From an uncultured delta proteobacterium (GTDB taxonomy: Bacteria > Desulfobacterota > Binatia > Binatales > Binataceae), in contig CAVVMA010000012.1 in assembly GCA_963749215.1 (NCBI GenBank), positions 281,629-345,628 of the forward strand: a DNA stretch of 64,000 nt, in the 5' to 3' direction. Below, one piece after another: positions 1 to 7,934 of this stretch. The position numbers and the translations under genes were made by a program. Position 1 is the stretch's first letter, and each line of letters starts with the position of its first letter. The notes below the pieces were generated by a model. It ran no database searches, was not told where the DNA came from, and saw only the letters and a program-made list of their open reading frames with translations.

Positions 1-1
1 C

Positions 2-745
2 CGACCAGCCAGGACGTTCGAGCGCGTGCTCTCCCGCGGATACTCGCCGTTCAAGACCCCGTGCTGGTCGCCTGACGGCGCGCATGTTGCGTTCGTCGCC
101 AGCGAAGACGAGATCGCCCACCTCTACCTGGCCGATCCAAACGGCGCCAATCCCAAGCCGATCGCGAAGCTGATGGTCGGCGAAAACAGCTTCGTATGGG
201 CTCCCGACTCGCGTCATATCGCCTTCTCGACCGCGCAGTTGCCGCCCAACACCGTGATGGACGGCGTCAACCTGCTCGATATCGTTGACGGCAGCGTGAA
301 GCGGCTGGTCAACGACGACGTGGCCGCCTTCTACTTCTCGCCCGACTCCCAGCAAATCGCCTATGTGTCGGTGCCTCCCGAGCAGCCGTTCTACACCTGG
401 AATGTGATCGATCTGCGCACCGCCAGGAGCCGAAAGCTCGGCAGTTTTCTCACCACCAGCGAGGAGACGCTGGCCTGGCATTACTTCGACCAGCTTTCCC
501 TTTCGCACAGTATCTGGGCACCCGATTCGAGCGCGATCGCGTTTGCGGGTCTGCCGATCGAAAAGCCGCCGCACGGGGCGATCCCGCAGCAGCCGATCGA
601 TACGCCGCCACCGAGCGTGTCGATCATTCCGATCAACGGCGCGAAGCCGCGCCACATCGCCGACGGCGTGCTGGTGTTTTGGGCGCCCGCGCCGGGGGCG
701 ACCGCGCCGGCGATGGCGCCGGCGGTGGTTGCGCCGGCGAGGTAG
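2..745 (+). CDS. PD40/WD40-like beta-propeller repeat protein (TolB-like), 5' partial
   Basis: Frame is open to the window edge. Repeated PD40-type blades (WSPDGAHVAFVA, WAPDSRHIAFS, FSPDSQQIAYV, WAPDSSAIAFAG). Ala/Pro-rich tail. Confidence 0.6.
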   Translation, partial: RPARTFERVLSRGYSPFKTPCWSPDGAHVAFVASEDEIAHLYLADPNGANPKPIAKLMVGENSFVWAPDSRHIAFSTAQLPPNTVMDGVNLLDIVDGSVKRLVNDDVAAFYFSPDSQQIAYVSVPPEQPFYTWNVIDLRTARSRKLGSFLTTSEETLAWHYFDQLSLSHSIWAPDSSAIAFAGLPIEKPPHGAIPQQPIDTPPPSVSIIPINGAKPRHIADGVLVFWAPAPGATAPAMAPAVVAPAR

Positions 746-751
746 GCCGCG

Positions 752-1591
752 ATGCGATACGCCGCGCAGCCGGCGACGCGCGCGCTGACGCCAACCGGCG
801 GTTTCCTGCACGGGTTCGCCTACTCGCTCAATCCGTACATCGGATGCGCCTTCGGCGTGGCGCGGGGATGCCCATTCTGCTACGTCCGCGCGCTGCCGGT
901 CGCGCGCGCGTCCGAAGGCCCGTGGGGGAGCTGGGTAATCGCCAAGACCAACCTCGCAATCCTGCTGGAGAAAGAGCTTGTCGCACTCGAGCGCGCCGGC
1001 AAACTCGGCGCTGCGGCGATCTTCATGTCGAGTGCGACCGATCCGTACCAGGGAGTCGAGCGGCGGCTTGGGCTTTCGCGCGCCGCGCTGGAAACCTTCC
1101 TGCGCTTTCGGCCGCGTCGAATCCTGCTCCAGACCCGCAGCCCGCTCGTCGAGCGCGACATCGATATCATCGCAGGGCTCGGCGCGCACGTGATCGTGTC
1201 GATAACACTCGAGACCGACGACGAGACCGTGCGCCGCGCACTGACGCCGACTTCGCCGTCGATCGCTCGGCGGCTCCAAACCGCGCGCCGGCTGCGCGCC
1301 GCGGGAATTTTCGTGCAGCTCGCGATCGCGCCGATGCTGCCGAACAATCCCGAGCGCCTCGCCGCCCTCGCCGACGAAGCCGCCGATCGCGTAGTCGTGG
1401 ATACCTACTTCGACGGCGACGGCGCCAGCGGCCGCCGCTCGCGCGCGCTCGGGATGGGCGAGCTATATGAGCGCCTCGGCTACGCGAGCTGGTTCCGTCC
1501 CGGCGCCGAAGCCGACCTGATGTCCGCGCTACGCACGCGCTTGGGCAACGATCGCGTGCTGTTCAGCCGCGAAGGCTTCTGCGCAGTGTGA
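752..1591 (+). CDS. Radical SAM protein, SplB/COG1533 (Rv2578c-like) type
   Basis: 279-aa ORF with an N-terminal Cys cluster (GCAFGVARGCPFCY), followed by SSATDPYQ and ITLETDD segments typical of this radical SAM group. Confidence 0.6.
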   Translation: MRYAAQPATRALTPTGGFLHGFAYSLNPYIGCAFGVARGCPFCYVRALPVARASEGPWGSWVIAKTNLAILLEKELVALERAGKLGAAAIFMSSATDPYQGVERRLGLSRAALETFLRFRPRRILLQTRSPLVERDIDIIAGLGAHVIVSITLETDDETVRRALTPTSPSIARRLQTARRLRAAGIFVQLAIAPMLPNNPERLAALADEAADRVVVDTYFDGDGASGRRSRALGMGELYERLGYASWFRPGAEADLMSALRTRLGNDRVLFSREGFCAV

Positions 1592-1807
1592 GACGGCCGG
1601 TATGTTCTATCTTCCGGCCCCGGAACACGCTCGAATTCCTGGAGGAGTTCGCCGACTTTCAAGAGGAGGCGCGAGCTATGGATCGATCCGAGGCTTTTCC
1701 AAGAGTGCTCGCCTTCCCGACAAGGCGAAGTGGTTCGCCGTGCTTGGCGGAACGCGTGTGCTGAGATAGTGTCCGGCGATCGGTGAAAAGTTACTGTGAG
1801 ACTCCCA

Positions 1808-1835
1808 TTGACTTCCTGGGCAAACCCGATATCAA
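1808..1835 (+). promoter_or_regulatory. Candidate sigma70-type promoter for the R-M operon
   Basis: TTGACT (1808-1813), 16-nt spacer, TATCAA (1830-1835), about 30 nt upstream of the ATG at 1868. Inverted half-sites GATA-N7-TATC (1828-1842) overlap the -10. Confidence 0.35.
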
Positions 1836-1867
1836 TGCTATCAGGTTTTCCCAGAAGCTTAGCGAAG

Positions 1868-3130
1868 ATGCCGTCAGAAATTCTTGTCCGGGGCCTGCCG
1901 GAAGACGTTCGCGCTTGGATCAGTACGGAAAGCCACGAGAATCGCCTAAGCCAGAACGAATTCGTCGTCGGCGTCCTCCGTCAGGCGTGCAGCGGCGGCA
2001 TCTCAGGAGACTCTCAGCTTGGCCTTTTCCCATCGTCAGCTGGAACTGCTGTTCGGACCGAGCCCGATGCGGCCGTTCCGTTTTCGTTCGTCGATCTCTT
2101 CGCTGGTATCGGAGGTCTTCGAATCGCCCTTGAGGCCGCTGGCGGAACCTGCCGCTTTTCATCCGAATGGGACAAGTACTGTCAGCGAACGTACAGGGCA
2201 TGGTTTGGTGAAACTCCGGAGGGAGACATCAGAAAGGTCAAGCCGGCCGAAATTCCAGACCACGATATTCTCGCGGCGGGATTTCCGTGCCAGCCGTTTT
2301 CCATAGCAGGGGTCTCCAAGAAAAACAGTCTCGGGCGAGCGCACGGATTCAAGGACCTCACGCAGGGCACTCTGTTCTTCAATCTTGCGACGATAATCGA
2401 AATCAAGCGACCCCCGGTTCTCATGCTCGAGAACGTGAAGAACCTTCGGTCCCATGACGGAGGGCGCACGTGGGCTGTCATTCTTTCGACGCTCAATGAC
2501 CTGAATTATCGGGTTTTCACCAGGGTCATCGACGCAGCTTCCAGGGTTCCTCAGCATCGCGAGCGAATCTTCATAGTGGGCTTCCATCGAAGGACATTCG
2601 GTGATGCCCCGCCGTTCGTTTTCCCGGAAGAGCCGTCCGGACCGCGCCCCAGGGTCCGCGACATTCTGGAGGGCGACCCGGACTCGAAATACACACTGAG
2701 CACCCGACTCTGGGCGTACCTGCAGGAGTACGCGAAGCGGCACCGTGACAAAGGGAATGGCTTTGGCTTTGGCCTCGTGGATCCTGACGGAATCACGCGA
2801 ACCCTGAGCGCGCGTTACTTCAAGGACGGCTCGGAGATCCTCATCCCTCAGGGGCCTCACCGGCCTCCGAGGCGCATGACCCCTCGCGAAACTGCACGGC
2901 TGATGGGATTTTCGGACGGCCTGCCAATTGTGGTGTCGGATACCCAAGCGTACAAGCAGTTCGGCAACGCGGTGGTGCCGTCCGTGGCGGATGCGGTCGC
3001 GCGCCAGGTCGCCAAAGTGCTCCGCTGGCGGGTAGCCAACCGCGGCAATGGTTGTCTGCTCAAACCTGGGAGCATCAGAATTGCGGGGGAAATCAATGCC
3101 GTCGCCAACATCCGAAGACGCAGTCAATAG
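1868..3130 (+). CDS. dcm: DNA (cytosine-5)-methyltransferase with N-terminal ribbon-helix-helix domain
   Basis: C5-MTase motifs: [11 protein letters not shown] (I), GFPCQPFS (IV), ENVKNL (VI), [10 protein letters not shown] (VIII), QFGNAVVP (X). N-terminal [40 protein letters not shown] resembles Arc/FitA-type RHH. Start placed at ATG 1868 because the candidate promoter lies inside the longer ORF starting at 1796. Confidence 0.9.
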   Translation: MPSEILVRGLPEDVRAWISTESHENRLSQNEFVVGVLRQACSGGISGDSQLGLFPSSAGTAVRTEPDAAVPFSFVDLFAGIGGLRIALEAAGGTCRFSSEWDKYCQRTYRAWFGETPEGDIRKVKPAEIPDHDILAAGFPCQPFSIAGVSKKNSLGRAHGFKDLTQGTLFFNLATIIEIKRPPVLMLENVKNLRSHDGGRTWAVILSTLNDLNYRVFTRVIDAASRVPQHRERIFIVGFHRRTFGDAPPFVFPEEPSGPRPRVRDILEGDPDSKYTLSTRLWAYLQEYAKRHRDKGNGFGFGLVDPDGITRTLSARYFKDGSEILIPQGPHRPPRRMTPRETARLMGFSDGLPIVVSDTQAYKQFGNAVVPSVADAVARQVAKVLRWRVANRGNGCLLKPGSIRIAGEINAVANIRRRSQ

Positions 3131-4265
3131 CGCGCTTGAGTATGGCGCAGCGCTTCTGAAGTACATCTCGCCGAACGATGTGGGCTTGACGGGCAGCCAC
3201 CAGTGCGGATTTTACCTTCCAAAGTCAGCCTGGCAAATGTACTCGCCGCAGTCCCCGGAGAAAGGGATCCTTGCGAAGCATCCCGTACGAATTGAATGGC
3301 AGGACGGGCGCATCACAAGATCGGTGGTTACGTGGTACGGGAAGCTCACACGTAGCGAGTACCGGCTGACTCGATTCGGTCGCGATTTTCCATTTCTGAC
3401 GCCAGACGAAGTCGGATCGATGCTCGTTGTCGTGCCCCGATCGCGGGACGACTTTCTGGCCTACGTTCTGGATTTGGAAGATGACGCCGCGGACGTTCAG
3501 GCGAAGCTGGGCGTCGAAGTCATCGATACCTGGGCCGTATATCGCAAAGACGCCCAGCCGCAAATCGAAACTGAGAATGACTGCGTAGAAAGGGAGTTCC
3601 GAGAATTTGCTAGCGCGGTTTCAGAATTTCCCGCAGGATTGGAATTCGCCACCCGTGCCAGAGATGCTCTGGAGAAGTGCATCTCAGACTTTAAGCAGCT
3701 GCCGTCGGATGATCGTCTGATGCGCTGCGTGGAACAGGAATACGAACTGTTCAAGCTCGTGGAGCGGAGACTGTGCGAGCCGGAAATCTGTCGTGTCTTC
3801 AAGTCCGTTGATGATTTTGTTGGAACAGCGAACTCGATCCTTCAGCGCCGCAAGTCGCGCGCGGGTCAATCGCTGGAGCATCACGTGGAGGAAGTTCTGA
3901 AATCAGCCGGCGTGCCGTTTGAGCGCCAGCCCAAAACGGTAGATGGTCAACCGGACATCATCATTCCAGGGGCTCGCCAGTACCACGACTCGAAATGGCC
4001 CGACGAAAAACTGTTCGTGCTTGGTATAAAAAGAACCTGCAAGGACAGATGGCGGCAGGTCCTGAATGAAGCCAAGCGCGTCAGGCGGAAGCACGTTCTT
4101 ACCATCCAGCAGGGCATCTCTCAGAGCCAGCTTAAAGAGATGCGCGAGGCCCGGGTAACTTTGATTGTACCTCGATCGTTGCACGCCAAGTATCCGCAGG
4201 AATGGGCGGGCCGTTTGCTCACCGTGGACCGCTTTGTCGGTAATCTGAGGAAGGCATTGATGTAA
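3096..4265 (+). CDS. EcoRII-family type IIE restriction endonuclease
   Basis: N-terminal [24 protein letters not shown] parallels the EcoRII effector domain (SANDTGATGGHQVGLYIP). The C-terminal segments [35 protein letters not shown] and [30 protein letters not shown] parallel the EcoRII catalytic domain. GGGGGA RBS before ATG 3096. Overlaps the MTase by 35 nt. Confidence 0.85.
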   Translation: MPSPTSEDAVNSALEYGAALLKYISPNDVGLTGSHQCGFYLPKSAWQMYSPQSPEKGILAKHPVRIEWQDGRITRSVVTWYGKLTRSEYRLTRFGRDFPFLTPDEVGSMLVVVPRSRDDFLAYVLDLEDDAADVQAKLGVEVIDTWAVYRKDAQPQIETENDCVEREFREFASAVSEFPAGLEFATRARDALEKCISDFKQLPSDDRLMRCVEQEYELFKLVERRLCEPEICRVFKSVDDFVGTANSILQRRKSRAGQSLEHHVEEVLKSAGVPFERQPKTVDGQPDIIIPGARQYHDSKWPDEKLFVLGIKRTCKDRWRQVLNEAKRVRRKHVLTIQQGISQSQLKEMREARVTLIVPRSLHAKYPQEWAGRLLTVDRFVGNLRKALM

Positions 4266-4266
4266 T

Positions 4267-4737
4267 GTGACTGATGTACTGACGTCAGAGCAGCGAAGTC
4301 GCTGCATGTCCCGAATCCGGGGCAAGGATACGAAGCCGGAGCTAGTCGTTCGTTCAGTGGCACACAGGATGGGCTATCGGTTCCGCCTCCATAGGCGCAA
4401 CTTGCCTGGTCGGCCAGATCTTGTGTTCGTGCGGCTGAAAAAAATCGTGTTCGTGCATGGGTGCTTCTGGCACATGCATCGCTGCAAGTATGGCCGGGTT
4501 ACACCTGCGACGAACGTTGCGTTCTGGGCGGTGAAGCGCCAAGGCAACGCGCAGCGCGACAGCCGAAATGCCCGGGTTTTGAAAAAAAATGGATGGAAGG
4601 TGCTTTCAATCTGGGAATGCGAGATTCGAAACTTGCCTCTGCTTGAGCGTCGGATCGCGCAATTCCTCCGTGCCGCAAACTCTAGAAACTTGAACAAAGA
4701 CTTGCGAGCAACAAAGCTGTTAGTTCATGAAGGCTGA
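4267..4737 (+). CDS. vsr: Very short patch repair endonuclease
   Basis: SRIRGKDTKPE, GRPDLVF and VFVHGCFWHMH...WECE are classic Vsr motifs. The GTG start lies 1 nt after the REase stop. Confidence 0.9.
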   Translation: MTDVLTSEQRSRCMSRIRGKDTKPELVVRSVAHRMGYRFRLHRRNLPGRPDLVFVRLKKIVFVHGCFWHMHRCKYGRVTPATNVAFWAVKRQGNAQRDSRNARVLKKNGWKVLSIWECEIRNLPLLERRIAQFLRAANSRNLNKDLRATKLLVHEG

Positions 4738-4748
4738 GGCGGCATGCA

Positions 4749-5330
4749 GTGCGCATAGAGTATCCCAGAGTCCTGATTGAGTTAAGGCCCTCTCCGATCG
4801 ATGGCGTCGGTGTCTTCGCCGTCAATACGATCGCCTCCGATCAACGCGTCGCCGAGGGAATCGGAGAGGAAGACTACGAGCGCATTGTCCCTTGGGAGTG
4901 TTTTTCTGAGTTCGATGAGGACGTTCAGAAGAAAATCGATGCGTTCTGCATCGGAACGCCAGACGGATTCATACCGCCGGAAGGTCTGGATTTTAATCGC
5001 ATCTCGGCGGAGTGGTATTTCAATCATTCGTGCGACGGGAACGTAGGATTCGACGACCGCGGGGACTTCGTTGCGCGACGGAAAATCCGAAAAGGCGAAG
5101 AGCTGACCTACGACTACGCACTGGCGGAGTCGAATCCGCGTTTCAAGATGGCATGCAAGTGCGGTAGCCAGCATTGCCGGAGAGTAGTCACCGGCGACGA
5201 CTGGAGAGATTCGAGATTCAGAAGGCTGAACCACTCTTACATGCTTCCTCGCTTGAGGAAGCCGGCACCCGGGGTAAATCGCACCGGGGTTTTCGCTCAA
5301 GCAGCGCACCGCCATCGCGCGCTGCGCTGA
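4749..5330 (+). CDS. SET domain protein (putative protein-lysine methyltransferase) with post-SET Cys cluster
   Basis: SPIDGVGVFA, NHSCDGN, ELTYDY, and the post-SET-like CKCGSQHCR. The GTG start lies 11 nt after the vsr stop. Confidence 0.75.
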   Translation: MRIEYPRVLIELRPSPIDGVGVFAVNTIASDQRVAEGIGEEDYERIVPWECFSEFDEDVQKKIDAFCIGTPDGFIPPEGLDFNRISAEWYFNHSCDGNVGFDDRGDFVARRKIRKGEELTYDYALAESNPRFKMACKCGSQHCRRVVTGDDWRDSRFRRLNHSYMLPRLRKPAPGVNRTGVFAQAAHRHRALR

Positions 5331-5362
5331 TTTGCTTTCGCTGTCGCTCCTCTAACGCGCGC

Positions 5363-6361
5363 CTACTTCCCGACGTGCGGGATTACCTCTTTGGCCAGGC
5401 GTTCGAGGATCTTCAGGTCCAGCGCGCCGGCGAAGACGAACTGCGAGACTCCCCATTCCCGGCTGCGACGGCTGAGTTCCCTGGCGCATTGTTCGGGCGT
5501 GCCGATCAGGGCCATCGGCGAACTCAGCATCTGCTCGGCCTTCAGGCCCATCCCTTGTCCGACCATCCCGGCCATCGACTCGGTCTCTTTGGCCGAGCTG
5601 GTGAGCATCACGACCGCGACCATCGTGCTGATCTGGATCGATTCCGGCTTGCGTCCGTTCCTGGCCGCCTCGCCGCGAACAAACTTGATCTTCTCCTGAA
5701 AGACCGCGTCGGTGGTCTTGGCGACGTTCTCCATCGAAATGTGTCCGACGCTTCCAACCTCGGGGATGATATTTATCGTCGCGGCGTGCTTGCCGGCGAT
5801 CCGCAGCAGGCCGCGGCCGCCGCCGCCGACCAGAATCGGAGGATGCGGTTTCTGCACCGGCTTCGCCCACAGGATCGCATCCCTCAATTTGTAGAATTCT
5901 CCGTCAAAGGTGGGTTGCTCCTGCGTCCACAGCGAGCGGATCACGGTCAGCGCCTCATCGAGCATCTTGAGCCGCGGCGCGATTGGCGGGAACGGGATAC
6001 CGGTCATCCTGAATTCCCTCTCGGTCCATCCGGAGCCGAGTCCCGCGATCAGGCGCCCGCCGCTGAGGTGGTCCAGCGTAACCAGACTCTGCGCGGTCAT
6101 CACCGGATGGCGGAAAAGGTTGCACAGCACCAGGTGGCCTGCGCGAATTTTCTTCGTCGCCTCGAAGACCAGCGCCAGCGCGATCATCTGGTCCCATGAC
6201 AGCGCATGCGGATCGTAAGCGCCGCCCATCTGTTCGTAGACGATATGATCCGGCAGCAGCAGCGCGTGGTAGCCGAGCTGGTCGGCGGCCTGCGCGAGGT
6301 CGCGCAATTCCTTGAAGTCTTTGCCGTTGATCTGGATTCCGAACTCCATCAGCCTCTCCAT
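5363..6361 (-). CDS. LLM-class (luciferase-like) flavin/F420-dependent oxidoreductase
   Basis: 332 aa. N-terminal FGIQING...LGYHALLLPDH and GGRLIAGLGSGW are typical of luciferase-like monooxygenase family proteins. Confidence 0.75.
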   Translation of the reverse strand: MERLMEFGIQINGKDFKELRDLAQAADQLGYHALLLPDHIVYEQMGGAYDPHALSWDQMIALALVFEATKKIRAGHLVLCNLFRHPVMTAQSLVTLDHLSGGRLIAGLGSGWTEREFRMTGIPFPPIAPRLKMLDEALTVIRSLWTQEQPTFDGEFYKLRDAILWAKPVQKPHPPILVGGGGRGLLRIAGKHAATINIIPEVGSVGHISMENVAKTTDAVFQEKIKFVRGEAARNGRKPESIQISTMVAVVMLTSSAKETESMAGMVGQGMGLKAEQMLSSPMALIGTPEQCARELSRRSREWGVSQFVFAGALDLKILERLAKEVIPHVGK

Positions 6362-6510
6362 TCGGCGCGCGCTCAGGCGCGGCGCAATAGTTGTGCGGGA
6401 ATGCAGAAATACCTATGCCAATCCCGCTTGGCCGGTCAACCCGGAGCGGACCGGCGCCGCCGGCGAGGACAACTTGATCCTCGAATCCAATCGAACCGGG
6501 GATGGAAGAC

Positions 6511-7059
6511 TCAGGGGCTGACCGGTATCCGCTTACGTCCCGCGTTGATCCTCTGACGCAGCTTGTTTGGCAAGCCGTCGTGCGATCCCTGAGGCCGCTT
6601 CGGTACATCCTCCCACCAGGCGCTCCATGGCATATCGCCTCGACGTTGGGGATGCAGCGGATAGAAGATACGGCTGTCTCTGCGTCCGGCCTCGCCGCCG
6701 ACCAGCAGCAGCACGTCGCGCCGAGAGTTGTTGATGAAGCAATGGCAGATGCCGGTGCCCGACGGGAACGCGGCGAAGTCCCCCGGCCGCATCGGATAGA
6801 GAACGCCGTCCACCCATGCGCTCACGTTCCCTTCGAGAACGTAGACGAACTCCTCCTCTTTCTCCTCCGCGTGAGGCCACGAACTTCGCTCTCCAGGCGG
6901 CAGCCGCATCAGGTTGATTCCAATTTTGAGCAATCCTGCCGCGCGCCCGATGGCGCGTTCATAGCCGGTGAATTCGTCGCTATTGGGGTAGTGATGACGA
7001 GTTTCGGCGACGTCGCGACCGGAAATTATGAACGGTGGGCGTGGCTCACGTTTGCGCAT
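6511..7059 (-). CDS. Cupin domain protein
   Basis: WPHAEEKEEEFVYVLEGNVSAWVDGVLYPMRPGDFAAFPSGTGICHCF is a cupin barrel motif. Start is uncertain (alternatives at 7116 and 7167). Confidence 0.65.
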   Translation of the reverse strand: MRKREPRPPFIISGRDVAETRHHYPNSDEFTGYERAIGRAAGLLKIGINLMRLPPGERSSWPHAEEKEEEFVYVLEGNVSAWVDGVLYPMRPGDFAAFPSGTGICHCFINNSRRDVLLLVGGEAGRRDSRIFYPLHPQRRGDMPWSAWWEDVPKRPQGSHDGLPNKLRQRINAGRKRIPVSP

Positions 7060-7168
7060 AGCGCTGCCTAGCCCGTCTGTGCCTGCGATTGCAAGCGCCG
7101 GCCATAACGAGCGCATCACGCGCGCTCTCACATGCCGTCGGGAATAGCCTCTTCTGTCGGGAACCAAA

Positions 7169-7201
7169 CTAGCGTGGGATCACGGGAAGGTCGATGCGGG
7201 A
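7169..7201. repeat. 33-bp direct repeat, copy 1 (identical to 7902-7934)
   Basis: ctagcgtgggatcacgggaaggtcgatgcggga is read directly at both loci. Confidence 0.95.
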
Positions 7202-7309
7202 CGCCCAGCCTCTAAAAGGAAACTAAGACAGTCGCCATTTGAAATTCAGATACTCAGCCCGAATTGATCCAGTACCCGGGCCAGGACAGCAACCTCAGCA
7301 GGTTCGGAC

Positions 7310-7720
7310 CTAATTTTCGGCAACGACAGATATACAAACCGCAAACGAGGCAATCAAAAATCCGATAATCGCGCCGGCACTGCGCAGCCGGGCAACCGCC
7401 AGCGCGTCGCTGGTAGGCACGCGCTCGCGCATCTCCGGCGAGCCCGCGGTGGTTCGCATCCCAGCGGTATCGATTAGATCCTTGATCGTGACGGGTATGC
7501 CGTGCAGCCGCCCGCGAGTGCCTCCCCGCGATACAGCGCGGTCAGCTTCGTCAGGGAGCTGGCGGGCCGTCGCAGCGTCGAGCGTGACGACGGCGTTGAG
7601 CGCGCCGTCGAAGCGCTCGATTCGGCCGAGGTACAGCTCGACGAGGTCGCGGCTCTTGAGCCGGCCCTGGCGAATCGCTTCCGTTTGTTCGCTCGCCGAT
7701 TTGAACGCATCGTCAACCAT
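7310..7720 (-). pseudogene. Amidase (amidase-signature family), N-terminal fragment only
   Basis: Amidase N-terminus (GRLHGIPVTIKDLIDTAGMRTTAGS...LRSAGAII) stops matching at about residue 120. It runs into an AT-richer unrelated tail (FLIASFAVCISVVAEN*) before the expected GKTN signature. Confidence 0.7.
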
Positions 7721-7901
7721 GGTGTCCCTTCTTCCCGCGAGACTGACTTAATTCGCCTGTTGCGTACAACGCCCGGCTTATAGACGACCCGGCTGGATCA
7801 GGTCTAACACATCGACCGACTCTACTTATGAATGCAGGCAACTTGTCAAGCGGTTCGCGGCAGACTCGCTGGCGAATGGCCTCTTCCGCCACGAAACCGC
7901 C

Positions 7902-7934
7902 CTAGCGTGGGATCACGGGAAGGTCGATGCGGGA
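7902..7934. repeat. 33-bp direct repeat, copy 2 (last 10 codons plus stop of the CocE/NonD gene)
   Basis: The reverse complement encodes SRIDLPVIPR*. Identical to 7169-7201. Confidence 0.95.

Noticed and set aside
1678-1764. A 28-codon ORF (MDRSEAFPRVLAFPTRRSGSPCLAERVC) preceded by a strong GAGGAGG Shine-Dalgarno, at the left border of the R-M islet.
   Set aside because: I recognise no motif. It is very short and could be a gene remnant at the islet junction. I could not assess conservation, so it is not reported as a feature.
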